From Francisella tularensis subsp. holarctica (GTDB lineage Bacteria; Pseudomonadota; Gammaproteobacteria; Francisellales; CACEW01): DNA of 64,000 nucleotides. Of the stretch, positions 16,474 to 24,920 are shown one piece after another (within the stretch, counting starts at the first letter, position 1; the number at the start of each line of letters is the position of its first letter). The position numbers and the translations under genes were made by a program. The stretch is from positions 368 through 64,367 of the forward strand of contig CAMARA010000003.1 of NCBI GenBank assembly GCA_945860585.1, in the 5' to 3' direction. Under the pieces are notes generated by a model. That model was not told where the DNA came from. It did no database searches and was given only the letters and a program-made list of their open reading frames with translations.

Positions 16474-16510
16474 AAAAAAAGCGCTACGACAAATTTAACT
16501 TGCGTAGCGC
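16474..16510 (-). terminator. Rho-independent terminator/attenuator after the putative major subunit gene
   Basis: The minus strand reads gcgctacg (8-bp stem), a 14-nt loop, cgtagcgc, then TTTTTTT. It lies 45 nt downstream of the stop at 16555. Confidence 0.6.
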
Positions 16511-16554
16511 TGTGTGCTCTCAAAAGCTTAGAGGGCATCTTTTAGCAGTCTAAA

Positions 16555-17142
16555 TTAGTTGACTGTTGCAGAGACGGTAATTGCATCGTTGTTTTTGTAG
16601 ACGCCACTTGGAGTTCCCTCTGGGATGCTAACTGTTCCGCCAATTTTTACGGTTACCAGATGCGTGGAGTCAACAGTAACTGCGTCTGCATTTGCTCCTG
16701 TGGATGAATTGGTTGTAACTGTAGAGGAGTTATTAACAAGTGCAGTAATATTGGATAATACCAGTGGCGATGCATCACCGACTTCTGGGGCTAAGTTTGA
16801 GTTAGTTAAGGCAACAGTCACTGTAACTGAAGAGCCTGGAGTAGCGTTAAAAGTAACCGATCCAGCGTTTACACCTACTGTTGCAGCAGTGGCGATCCCC
16901 GTGCAGGTTTCTGCTCCAAGTATACTTACGGTGCAGGCTGTTGTTGAGTAAGCTTGGCCTGCACTCATAATCATGTTACCGAAATTCAAGTTGCTATCAG
17001 TGCCAGTGTGGCCGATAGTATTGCTGACTTGAGCGCTGGCGCCAATAACAGCGCTATCGCTATTGTTAGCAGCAAATGCAGCTCCGGTACTCATGCAGGC
17101 TAGAATTGCGGTTGTAATTGCGATTTTTTTAAATTGATGCAT
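16555..17142 (-). CDS. Putative major fibre subunit (DUF4402/SCPU-like by pattern)
   Basis: The preferred start is ATG 17142 (MHQFKKIAITTAILACMSTGAAFA signal peptide, GGAG RBS). It has the LNFGNM motif, a Cys pair (TACTVSILGAETC) and the C-terminal GVYKNNDAITVSATVN. It is the first gene of the operon and is followed by a terminator, as expected for a major pilin. Confidence 0.62.
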   Translation of the reverse strand: MHQFKKIAITTAILACMSTGAAFAANNSDSAVIGASAQVSNTIGHTGTDSNLNFGNMIMSAGQAYSTTACTVSILGAETCTGIATAATVGVNAGSVTFNATPGSSVTVTVALTNSNLAPEVGDASPLVLSNITALVNNSSTVTTNSSTGANADAVTVDSTHLVTVKIGGTVSIPEGTPSGVYKNNDAITVSATVN

Positions 17143-17194
17143 TTTGAATCTCCATTTGGTTTTTGTTGTGTATGGGTTAACAGCCCATAGAGCT

Positions 17195-17223
17195 AATCTA
17201 GTTTTTTTATGTGTTAATGTCAA
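17195..17223 (-). promoter_or_regulatory. Putative sigma70 promoter of the fibre operon
   Basis: The minus strand reads TTGACA (17223-17218), a 17-nt spacer, then TAGATT (17200-17195), about 50 nt upstream of ATG 17142. Confidence 0.45.
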
Positions 17224-17385
17224 TGGTTTTAATTTGCTTTATGTTTGCTTTGTGTTGGGTTGTGTTGTTTTTTATTTTAAATCAATTACTTATTTTTTTT
17301 TTCTTTTTTGTTTTGGGATTTTGTGTGGCTTTGTGGTGACGTTTTTAGCGCTCTAAAACATCGATTTTTTTGATTTGTTTTATGA

Positions 17386-18285
17386 TTATAGTTCGACGCG
17401 TTCAATTTTGCCAAAGCGATCACTAATTTTTTTGGCAGAAATATTCGCTTCCCGCGCATCCTCATGGGTCTGCTCAATATGACGTTGCAATTGATCCATG
17501 CGGCGTTGGAAGCGTTCAAAGTCTTCGCCTAGTTTGAGAAGGTGCTCGCGAATCAGGTGTACATGTTTTTGCGTGGCTTGATCTTTTAGCACGGCTTGTG
17601 CAGTGGTGAGGACCGCCATCATCGTTGTGGGTGAGGTCAGCCAGACGCATTTTTGTTGGGCATAATCGATGAGATCATAAAAGTGATTATGGATATCAGC
17701 AAAAATGGCTTCGGCTGGCAGAAACAAAACGGCGCCGTTGGAGGTGATGCCGGGTATAATATATTTTTGAGCGATATCATCGATATGCTTTTTCATGTCG
17801 CGGACAAAGGCTTGCTCGAGTGGTTTTTTCTGATCATTCGGCGCATCGACATAGCGGCGATAATTTTCAAGAGGAAACTTCGCGTCAATCGCCAATTTGC
17901 CGGTGGGCTCTGGTAGTAAAAGCAGGCAGTCGACGCGCGTGCCATTGGGTAAATCAGCCTGCAGTTGAAAGTGCGCTTCGGGCAGCATGTTTTTGACGAT
18001 ATTGGCCAGTTGGACTTCGCCAAAAGCACCGCGGGTTTTTTTGTCATTCAGAAGTAAATTCAAGCTGAAAACTTCGCCAGATAACTCAGCCATTTTTTGC
18101 TGGGCCTGATCGATTAAAGCCAGGCGGGTGACGACATCATTAAAAGTGACCGCATTTTTTTCAGAGCTATCGGTCAGATGCAGTTGAATTTGTTTTTTCA
18201 AATCATCAATTTTATAGAGCGCAAAAAATAAAACAGCCAGAAAAAACAGGGCTAATAAAATCAAAAGCGCAGTGGTGCTGATCAT
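17386..18285 (-). CDS. rmuC: DNA recombination protein RmuC (short form)
   Basis: N-terminal TM segment, a coiled region, then GAFGEVQLANIVKNMLP...VDCLLLLPEPTGKLAIDAKFPLENYRRY, typical of the RmuC family. Confidence 0.85.
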   Translation of the reverse strand: MISTTALLILLALFFLAVLFFALYKIDDLKKQIQLHLTDSSEKNAVTFNDVVTRLALIDQAQQKMAELSGEVFSLNLLLNDKKTRGAFGEVQLANIVKNMLPEAHFQLQADLPNGTRVDCLLLLPEPTGKLAIDAKFPLENYRRYVDAPNDQKKPLEQAFVRDMKKHIDDIAQKYIIPGITSNGAVLFLPAEAIFADIHNHFYDLIDYAQQKCVWLTSPTTMMAVLTTAQAVLKDQATQKHVHLIREHLLKLGEDFERFQRRMDQLQRHIEQTHEDAREANISAKKISDRFGKIERVEL

Positions 18286-19274
18286 TGTGTGTTGACCGTG
18301 ACTTCAGCGCTGGCGCCAACACGCAGGGGATATTCATCCTGTTGCTGACTATGCGGGATGATGATTTTAACGATGAAGCGCTGGGTGATCTTGACCCAAT
18401 TTCCAGTGGCATTTTCCGCAGGCAATAAACTAAAGGTGGTGCCGTCGGCCGCGCTGATGCTTTGGACAATGCCTTTAAAGGTGAGGCCGGGATACAAATC
18501 TAATTGAATGGTTGCGCTTTGTCCTGGCTTGATGCGCTCTAGCTGCGTTTCTTTGTAATTGGCATCTACCCAATATTCACTGACAGAGTTGACCATGGCA
18601 AAGAGGTTTGTGCCTGCGGTGACGACCATGCCTGGGCGTAGGGTCAAATCGCTGACGATGCCATCAATGGGTGCGGTGACGACGGTGTAACTGAGGTTCA
18701 GTTTGGCGGTGTTGAGATTCGCTTCTGCCACTTTGATTTGACTGGCTTGGGTGAGTAAGTTTTCCTGTGCTTCGGCTAAGCTGGCGATATCACCATCCAG
18801 GCTGGCTTGCGCTGCTTTTAAATTGGCGGTTGATTGATCGCCATCCTGCACAGAAGCATAGCCTTCTTTCACCAGTTCTTGCATGCGCTGGCTGTTTTTC
18901 TGATTTAAAACCAGGGTGGCCTCTGCGCTGGCTTGATTCGCGGCCGCGATTTTAATGGCTTCCTGATCTGCTTTATATTGCTGCTGGGCAACCAAGTACT
19001 GTGCCTGCGCTTGATCGAGGGCATCTTGAAAAGGGGTGGGGTCGATGGTAAATAAAACCGTGCCTTTAGTCACCGCCTGGTGGTTTAAGACATTGACCGT
19101 AACAACCTGGCCGTTGATCTGGGCGGCAATGTAGGGAATATTTGCATTGACATAGGCATCATCGGTGCTGGGATAGTAGTAGTTATCATAAAAATAATAG
19201 CTGGAGCCACACACAATGGCAGCAATGATCAGGAGGATGGGGATAAGTTTTTTGCGACTAAGGGTAAATTTCAT
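18282..19274 (-). CDS. HlyD/EmrA-family membrane fusion protein (efflux periplasmic adaptor)
   Basis: N-terminal TM segment, STDDAYVNANIPYIAAQINGQVVTVNV (biotinyl-lipoyl-like hairpin), a long Ala/Gln coiled coil, and a beta-barrel C-terminus. Confidence 0.85.
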   Translation of the reverse strand: MKFTLSRKKLIPILLIIAAIVCGSSYYFYDNYYYPSTDDAYVNANIPYIAAQINGQVVTVNVLNHQAVTKGTVLFTIDPTPFQDALDQAQAQYLVAQQQYKADQEAIKIAAANQASAEATLVLNQKNSQRMQELVKEGYASVQDGDQSTANLKAAQASLDGDIASLAEAQENLLTQASQIKVAEANLNTAKLNLSYTVVTAPIDGIVSDLTLRPGMVVTAGTNLFAMVNSVSEYWVDANYKETQLERIKPGQSATIQLDLYPGLTFKGIVQSISAADGTTFSLLPAENATGNWVKITQRFIVKIIIPHSQQQDEYPLRVGASAEVTVNTQ

Positions 19275-20056
19275 GAGGAGACTGCTTCTTGATTAAGGTT
19301 GAAAATATGTTTTAGGCCGACTAAGACCAGGTCGGATTCAATGACATCAAAAATGCCGGCCTGTTCAAATAGGCGTGAAAATCCACCGGTGCCAATGACT
19401 AAAAATTCCTGGCCGGCAAAACTGTTTTTGCGCACTTCAGCGACCACTTCTTTTACCATGCCGAGCGTTGAATAATAGAGCCCAGCTTGAATTTGCTCTA
19501 CGGTATTTTTGCCGAAGACGGTGGTGGGGACTTTGATTTCTACGCTGGGTAATTTGGCCGTGCGTTCCTCCAGGACTTCCATGCAAAGGCGCAGGCCTGG
19601 GGTGATGAGCCCGCCCAGATATTCTTTGTTGTGATTGACGAGGCAGACGGTATTGGCTGTGCCTAAATCAAAGATAACCAAATTTTGATTTGGGTGTAAA
19701 TGCATTGCACCTACGGCGTTCGCTACGCGGTCTGCGCCGAGTTCTTTCGGGTTATGGACGAGAATTTTTAAACCGGTTTTAACGCCTGCATCCAGAATCA
19801 ATGGCCGGATGTTAAAATACTTAATGCAAGCCGAGGCAACGGTGTGATTGAGGTCAGGCACCACGGACGAAATTGCGATATGTTTAATCTGTGTCGGATC
19901 AATTTTATTTTCACGCAGCGCATTCTTGAGGAAAAGGCCGTATTCATCGGAGGAGCCGCTATCCCTGGAGGTGCGGCGAAAACTGAGGAGGGTCTGGTCA
20001 TTGTGAATGACGCCACCAAAGACTTGCGTATTGCCGATATCGAGTACTAATAACAT
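19271..20056 (-). CDS. coaX: Type III pantothenate kinase (CoaX)
   Basis: MLLVLDIGNTQVFGGV, DRVANAVGA and IDLGTANT-like (FDLGTANTV) motifs. I prefer the start at ATG 20056 over the 22-codon-longer ORF-track start. Confidence 0.9.
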   Translation of the reverse strand: MLLVLDIGNTQVFGGVIHNDQTLLSFRRTSRDSGSSDEYGLFLKNALRENKIDPTQIKHIAISSVVPDLNHTVASACIKYFNIRPLILDAGVKTGLKILVHNPKELGADRVANAVGAMHLHPNQNLVIFDLGTANTVCLVNHNKEYLGGLITPGLRLCMEVLEERTAKLPSVEIKVPTTVFGKNTVEQIQAGLYYSTLGMVKEVVAEVRKNSFAGQEFLVIGTGGFSRLFEQAGIFDVIESDLVLVGLKHIFNLNQEAVSS

Positions 20057-20188
20057 AATTTTTATGGGCTTGAAAAACGAATGAGATTCATTATACTTCA
20101 AGCGCACCCTGTTTGACAAAGTTTGCGTGCTTAGCCCAAAAATGGTATACTGTAGGCACTTTAAGAATTACACATTAGGAGTTCAATC

Positions 20189-21388
20189 ATGTCATTCTAT
20201 GGAGTGTTCAATCATATGCCCTGGTGGGGATACATCCTGTATACGCTGATCGTGACCCACATTACGATGATTTCCATCACTGTCTTTTTGCATCGCGCAC
20301 AAGCGCATCGTGCCTTGGATTTGCACCCGATTGCGGCGCATTTTTTCCGCTTCTGGTTATGGCTGACCACCGGTATGAAAACCAAAGAGTGGGTCGCCGT
20401 CCATCGTAAGCATCATGCTAAATGTGAGACGATTGATGATCCACATAGCCCTGTTATTGAAGGAATTGGCACGGTTTTGCTTGAAGGCGCTGAGTTATAT
20501 CGTTATGCGAAAAAAGATCCTGAAACTTTAGAAAAATATGGCAAAGGAACGCCGAATGACTGGCTGGAAAAGCATGTCTATGCGACCCCCTTCATGCGTG
20601 GAAAACAAGGCGTGGTAGCGCTGTATTTGCTGAGTGTGATCTTGTTTGGTGTGCCTGGCATTATTATCTGGGGCATTCAGATGATTTGGACGCCTTTCTT
20701 TGCGGCAGGGATTATCAATGGGATTGGTCATTACTTTGGCTATCGTAACTTTGAATGCCCAGATGCAGCGCGCAATATTTTCCCCATTGGTATTTTAGTG
20801 GCTGGCGAAGAATTGCATAATAATCATCATACCTATGGCAATTCTGCGAAATTGTCCGTACATTGGTGGGAATTTGATATTGGCTGGATGTATATTAAAT
20901 TGCTGTCCTATTGTGGTTTGGCCACACCAAAGCGCCTGCCTCCCGAAGTCTGTCGTAAAAAACGCGCTGCGGGCGGAATGGATTTAGTCAATGTCGAGGC
21001 GATCATCAATAATAAGATTGCGGTGTTTTCTGAATATACACGTAAGGTCATCAAGCCTGTGTTTAAGCGGATGAAAGAAGATGAAGCGAGCTGTGAAAAA
21101 CTCTTCTGCGTCAAGACGAAAAAATTGATTCTGCGCAATCCTGCTCTGAATACGCAAGATCAGCAGGAGCATATCACAGCGGCATTGAATGATGCGCGTG
21201 ATTTACAGGTGGTGTGTTCGTATCGCGATCGCCTCAATCAGATTTGGTCCAAAACTGCGACGTCTAATAAAGAGCTGACAGAGGCTTTTCAAGATTGGTG
21301 TCGTCAGGCTGAAAAAAGCGGCATTGACGCGTTGCAAAATTTCGCTCATTATATCAAGGCCTATCGTTTGAAAAAGAAATCAGTTTAA
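20189..21388 (+). CDS. Membrane fatty-acid (acyl-CoA/acyl-lipid delta-9-like) desaturase
   Basis: Histidine boxes HRAQAH, HRKHHAKCE and HNNHHTY, plus N-terminal TM helices. Confidence 0.88.
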   Translation: MSFYGVFNHMPWWGYILYTLIVTHITMISITVFLHRAQAHRALDLHPIAAHFFRFWLWLTTGMKTKEWVAVHRKHHAKCETIDDPHSPVIEGIGTVLLEGAELYRYAKKDPETLEKYGKGTPNDWLEKHVYATPFMRGKQGVVALYLLSVILFGVPGIIIWGIQMIWTPFFAAGIINGIGHYFGYRNFECPDAARNIFPIGILVAGEELHNNHHTYGNSAKLSVHWWEFDIGWMYIKLLSYCGLATPKRLPPEVCRKKRAAGGMDLVNVEAIINNKIAVFSEYTRKVIKPVFKRMKEDEASCEKLFCVKTKKLILRNPALNTQDQQEHITAALNDARDLQVVCSYRDRLNQIWSKTATSNKELTEAFQDWCRQAEKSGIDALQNFAHYIKAYRLKKKSV

Positions 21389-21400
21389 TAGGATTGATAT

Positions 21401-21589
21401 ATGAAATGGTTGTCTAAGTTGCTGTATTGTTTTGATAAAAAAGAGCGCGCTTTTGTGAGCGAAGCGGATCGCCTTCTCAGTCGCTTTGATGTGGAGCATC
21501 CTGAAAAATCGCCTTCTCAGCAATTTGAAATTGCCAAGCATCGCGGTATTTTTACGCGCAAAGTCGATCAGCGGGTTGATTGGTCATGA
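21401..21589 (+). CDS. Small conserved-looking hypothetical protein (62 aa)
   Basis: The ORF's stop overlaps the next gene's ATG (ATGA at 21586-21589). I recognise no family. Confidence 0.4.
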   Translation: MKWLSKLLYCFDKKERAFVSEADRLLSRFDVEHPEKSPSQQFEIAKHRGIFTRKVDQRVDWS

Positions 21590-22470
21590 GTGTCGATCTG
21601 CATACGCAGGAAGTCGTCAGCAATGATGGCTCGCCGGCCGCTGTAGTCGCGATTCTTTTGGCTTTGCTCGCGTTGGGGCTGTGTGTTTTTCTATTTTTTA
21701 AATTGCATGCGGCCGAGCGTCGCAATCAAGAACAGGTCGCTGTTTTTCAAGCTGAACAGGCGAGCCTAAACAGTCAAGTGACCGATGCGCTGAATCATTT
21801 GAGTCAAGCCGATACCAGTGTGGAACAGGCCAATCAGCTCGGCGGGCAGACGATTTTAGCCAGTCTGCAAATTTTGTTATTGCAAGGGCAGCCCAAAGCG
21901 TTGCTGCAGAGTAATGCTGGGGCTTTGAACCAGGTGATCGCGCGCCTCAATAATGCAGATGCAGTGGCTTTGAATACGAGCCTTAACGATAAGATCAACG
22001 CGCTGCCGGAGATTAATCCTGCCGCAGCCTTGTCGCAACTCAATCAGATCAGCCAAAGTTTTGCGGGTTTGAGTTTTGTACCGGCCGTGGGTGTGCAGAA
22101 TAAAGTAAATATTCCGGAAACGGTTAATGGATTCTGGCCGCGGTTATGGTATAGCATTCGCGGGCTGATCGTAGTGCGCACGGATAATCAAATCGGTACG
22201 ACCTTGATTACTGAAACCGCCCGTTTTGATGCTTTGCGGACGTTCAATTTCCAAGTGCAGCAGGCGGAGTGGCAGATTATCCACAATCAAGATCCCTCTG
22301 TGACGCTGACGCAACTCTCCACCTTGCTGACAAATTTCACCGCAGCAGATGCGCAGCAGGCAGCTTGTCTGGCCCAGATCAATGCATTGTTGGCCTCGCA
22401 TGATTACTATAGTGCAGCGGATGTGACGGCGATTCTTTCTAATATTGCCGCCTTGCAGGCAGTGCTTTAG
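21586..22470 (+). CDS. Membrane-anchored coiled-coil protein, possibly HemX-family
   Basis: One TM segment (AAVVAILLALLALGLCVFLFF), a Gln/Ala-rich coiled region, and a segment FWPRLWYSIRGLIVVRTDNQ...FDALRTFNFQVQQAEW. This resembles the HemX pattern F..I.IRR.D...L...NL...L..A. The function call is weak. Confidence 0.45.
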   Translation: MSVDLHTQEVVSNDGSPAAVVAILLALLALGLCVFLFFKLHAAERRNQEQVAVFQAEQASLNSQVTDALNHLSQADTSVEQANQLGGQTILASLQILLLQGQPKALLQSNAGALNQVIARLNNADAVALNTSLNDKINALPEINPAAALSQLNQISQSFAGLSFVPAVGVQNKVNIPETVNGFWPRLWYSIRGLIVVRTDNQIGTTLITETARFDALRTFNFQVQQAEWQIIHNQDPSVTLTQLSTLLTNFTAADAQQAACLAQINALLASHDYYSAADVTAILSNIAALQAVL

Positions 22471-22508
22471 GCGTTGAGGAACGTAAGCAAAATTAAGTTC
22501 CTATTCTG

Positions 22509-22604
22509 TGTCATTCTCGCGAACGCGGGAATCCAGTCAAATCAATCATACAGCGCCTTGGTTTTGAGAAATTAGACTGGATCCCCGCGTTCGCGAGAAT
22601 GACA
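22509..22604. repeat. Palindromic MITE-like element, copy 1 (96 bp, 30-bp terminal inverted repeats)
   Basis: Left arm tgtcattctcgcgaacgcgggaatccagtc (22509-22538) and right arm gactggatccccgcgttcgcgagaatgaca (22575-22604), with 29/30 complementarity. It lies between convergent genes. The same family recurs at 51258, 57398 and 62098. Confidence 0.85.
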
Positions 22605-22613
22605 CAAGGAGTC

Positions 22614-23060
22614 CTAACAAATTAAGCCTTCTTTGGCGCATTGCGGGCTGAGAAAGGGCTGAATCTGCGTATTAATCTGATTATATTTTGCAATCACTTT
22701 GAGCGCGTAGTCTAGATTATAGTAGGGCGTATGGGAATGATAATCGCCAATCGCGGTGGTCAGGTCTGCAGGATTATTGTAGATGCAGTGGCTGAGAATC
22801 CAGGTGCCGACGTAGACATTTTCACAGGGATCATTGGTGACATCACTCAGCGTATAGCCGCTGTGTTCAAAGCGGGGTGCCCAGCTGCTATTGATCTGCA
22901 TGATGCCGAGATCAACCGTGCCGTTTTCGTTTTTAGACTGTGTGCCATCTTGGCCATTTTCAGTCAGAATAATCGCCATGATCAGCGGCGCCGGCACTTG
23001 ATAGGCTTCGGCCGCTTGATTAATACAGGCAATCGGGACTTCATGAAACATCAGGGGCAT
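22614..23060 (-). CDS. Small lytic transglycosylase (SLT domain, IagB/VirB1-like)
   Basis: 148 aa. PAPLIMAIILTENGQDG...VDLGIMQINSSW...Y is the SLT goose-type lysozyme-like signature. Confidence 0.8.
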   Translation of the reverse strand: MPLMFHEVPIACINQAAEAYQVPAPLIMAIILTENGQDGTQSKNENGTVDLGIMQINSSWAPRFEHSGYTLSDVTNDPCENVYVGTWILSHCIYNNPADLTTAIGDYHSHTPYYNLDYALKVIAKYNQINTQIQPFLSPQCAKEGLIC

Positions 23061-23137
23061 GATAAGGCAGCCTTTTTGAATATTGACTTTTAAACGATTA
23101 TCTCACATGATTGCCTAGACTAAAAAGGGAGGGATGC

Positions 23138-23764
23138 ATGAATATTCCAGGTGAGATTGAAGTAGCGGTAGATCAGTCCGCCAGTGGCGAGAGTACAGGG
23201 CCCATTGTGGTGATCTGCCATCCGCATCCCTTGATGCAGGGGACGATGCAGAATAAAGTGGTGACCACGACGAGCCGCGCCTTTAATCAATTGGGGTTGA
23301 TGGCAGTGCGCTTTAATTATCGTGGCGTCGGTCAAAGTGTGGGTGAATATGGGCATATTCTGGGAGAGTGTGAAGATCTCCAAACCGTAGTGACTTGGGT
23401 GAGGGGTCAGTATCCAAGCCGTGACATTTGGTTGGCTGGGTTTTCTTTTGGCAGTTTAATCGCCTATAAAATGGCAAATCTGCTGGATGCGAAGCGCTTG
23501 TTGTGCATAGCGCCCGCGGTACATGAGCGCTGGTACCAGGAGGCTGCAGAACCGATGATGCCTTTGACCTTGATCGTGCCGGCTGCAGATGAGGTGGTGA
23601 GTGTTGAGCAGACGTTTGACTGGTTGCGGCAGGTCACATGCAGCTATCATCTATGGAAGCTGGCGGGAGTCAGTCATTTTTTTCATGGGCAGCTGCTGGT
23701 TTTAAAGCAGTTTATTCTGGCTCATTATGCGGAGGACGTTCGCGCCAATAATGCTCAGGTTTAG
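23138..23764 (+). CDS. Alpha/beta hydrolase (COG2945-like)
   Basis: VVICHPHPLMQGTMQNKVV and the nucleophile elbow GFSFGS. ATG 23138 is preferred as the start. Confidence 0.75.
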   Translation: MNIPGEIEVAVDQSASGESTGPIVVICHPHPLMQGTMQNKVVTTTSRAFNQLGLMAVRFNYRGVGQSVGEYGHILGECEDLQTVVTWVRGQYPSRDIWLAGFSFGSLIAYKMANLLDAKRLLCIAPAVHERWYQEAAEPMMPLTLIVPAADEVVSVEQTFDWLRQVTCSYHLWKLAGVSHFFHGQLLVLKQFILAHYAEDVRANNAQV

Positions 23765-24917
23765 CCTCAAAGCGGATTAAAGTGCATTCGAGCGTGCCGT
23801 TTAAAAATTGGTATCTTTTTAGTGGGTGCATGCGTATGGCCTTTGCGGGAAGGGGATCACTGGTAAAAACACCGATGCTCCAGCCTTCAAGCTGTGACTT
23901 GATCAGGGTGCCGAGATCCGCATAGAGTTGTTCAATCTCGGTATCGCGCCCGGCCATGAGGCGTTTGCCATACGGCGGATTGGTGATGAGCAGGCCTTGA
24001 TGTTGCTGTAAAATGGGATCATCAATGTCCGCTACGGCCCTTTTTTCCAGTCGCAGTATCGCGCTGAGCTGCAGTTTTTTAAAATTCTGTTCAGCTGCGA
24101 GAAGGGCGCTGGGCTCGAGATCAAAGCCGACAATCAACGGGGCCTTGGCTTTGCGACCTTGTTCAGCACGGGTTTCGGCCTCCAGCATCAGTTTTTGCCA
24201 GACGGCGGGCTGATGCTGTTTCCAGCCTAAAAAACCAAAATAGCCGCGGAGTAAATTGGGTGCAATATCATAGGCCATCATCGCGCCTTCCAGCAGCAGC
24301 GTACCTGCGCCACAGCAGGGATCAAAGAGGAGTGCATTTTTTTGTTTGAACATCTTGGGCCAACCCATGCGGATTAAAATCGCAGCAGCCAGTGTTTCTT
24401 TGAGCGGCGCCGCTCCCGTTTCAGTACGCAGGCCACGACGATGCAGGCTGTCTCCGGATAAATCGATATTCAGGGTAAAGTGCTCATCTCGCACATGCAG
24501 GTGAAAGACGACATCTGGCTGATCAGCTTGAATGGAGGGGCGCTCGCCGGTATTTTTACGGAACTGATCGACAATCGCATCTTTCGCAACCTGTGCAATA
24601 AAATGCGGGTGGGTGAGCGTGGGATGCTTGCCGGACACATCAATCCGAAAAGTCTGGTGAACATCGAGATGTTTTGACCAATCAACACTGCGCATGGCGC
24701 CATACAGATTTTCCTGATTCATGGCCCCAAATTGTTTCAGCTCTAAAAAAACATGATGGGCCAGGCGCGACCATAAGCATACTCGATAAGCGGTTTCCAA
24801 ATTTGCTTTAAAATACACGCCTAAATGCGTGCTTTTTACTTCATTGGCGCCTAGGGTTTTCAGCTCCTCGAGTAAGAGGGGTTCGATATTTTTGGCAGTC
24901 GTGGCGAAAAAAATCAT
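23712..24917 (-). CDS. rlmL: THUMP-domain class I SAM-dependent rRNA methyltransferase (RlmL-like, without an RlmK half)
   Basis: N-terminal THUMP-like region, FDPCCGAGTLLLE (SAM motif I) and LLITNPPYGKRL (motif IV). Confidence 0.85.
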   Translation of the reverse strand: MIFFATTAKNIEPLLLEELKTLGANEVKSTHLGVYFKANLETAYRVCLWSRLAHHVFLELKQFGAMNQENLYGAMRSVDWSKHLDVHQTFRIDVSGKHPTLTHPHFIAQVAKDAIVDQFRKNTGERPSIQADQPDVVFHLHVRDEHFTLNIDLSGDSLHRRGLRTETGAAPLKETLAAAILIRMGWPKMFKQKNALLFDPCCGAGTLLLEGAMMAYDIAPNLLRGYFGFLGWKQHQPAVWQKLMLEAETRAEQGRKAKAPLIVGFDLEPSALLAAEQNFKKLQLSAILRLEKRAVADIDDPILQQHQGLLITNPPYGKRLMAGRDTEIEQLYADLGTLIKSQLEGWSIGVFTSDPLPAKAIRMHPLKRYQFLNGTLECTLIRFEAKPEHYWRERPPHNEPE

Positions 24918-24920
24918 ATA

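Noticed and set aside
17293-17309. T10-C-T6 homopolymer tract upstream of the fibre operon as a slipped-strand phase-variation switch
   Set aside because: The tract lies about 70 bp upstream of the predicted -35 box, not in the promoter spacer or in a coding region. The whole intergenic region is AT-rich with many such runs. There is no evidence for length variation from a single sequence.
18282-19274. The HlyD-family protein as evidence for a type I secretion system
   Set aside because: No ABC transporter, TolC-like gene or RTX-type substrate is present in the window. The sequence (STDDAYVNAN...) looks more like an EmrA-type drug-efflux adaptor.
22614-23060. The SLT-domain lytic transglycosylase as part of a secretion-system locus
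   Set aside because: No T4SS, T3SS, T6SS or pilus genes are adjacent. The nearest are more than 5 kb (the fibre cluster) and more than 30 kb (the T6SS) away. It is flagged only as a stand-alone gene.
23712-23764. 53-bp 3'-3' overlap between the alpha/beta hydrolase and the RlmL-like gene as a sign of frameshift or antisense regulation
   Set aside because: Both ORFs look complete up to their stops, and convergent overlaps of this size occur naturally. Without expression data, nothing in the sequence indicates an error or a regulatory role.
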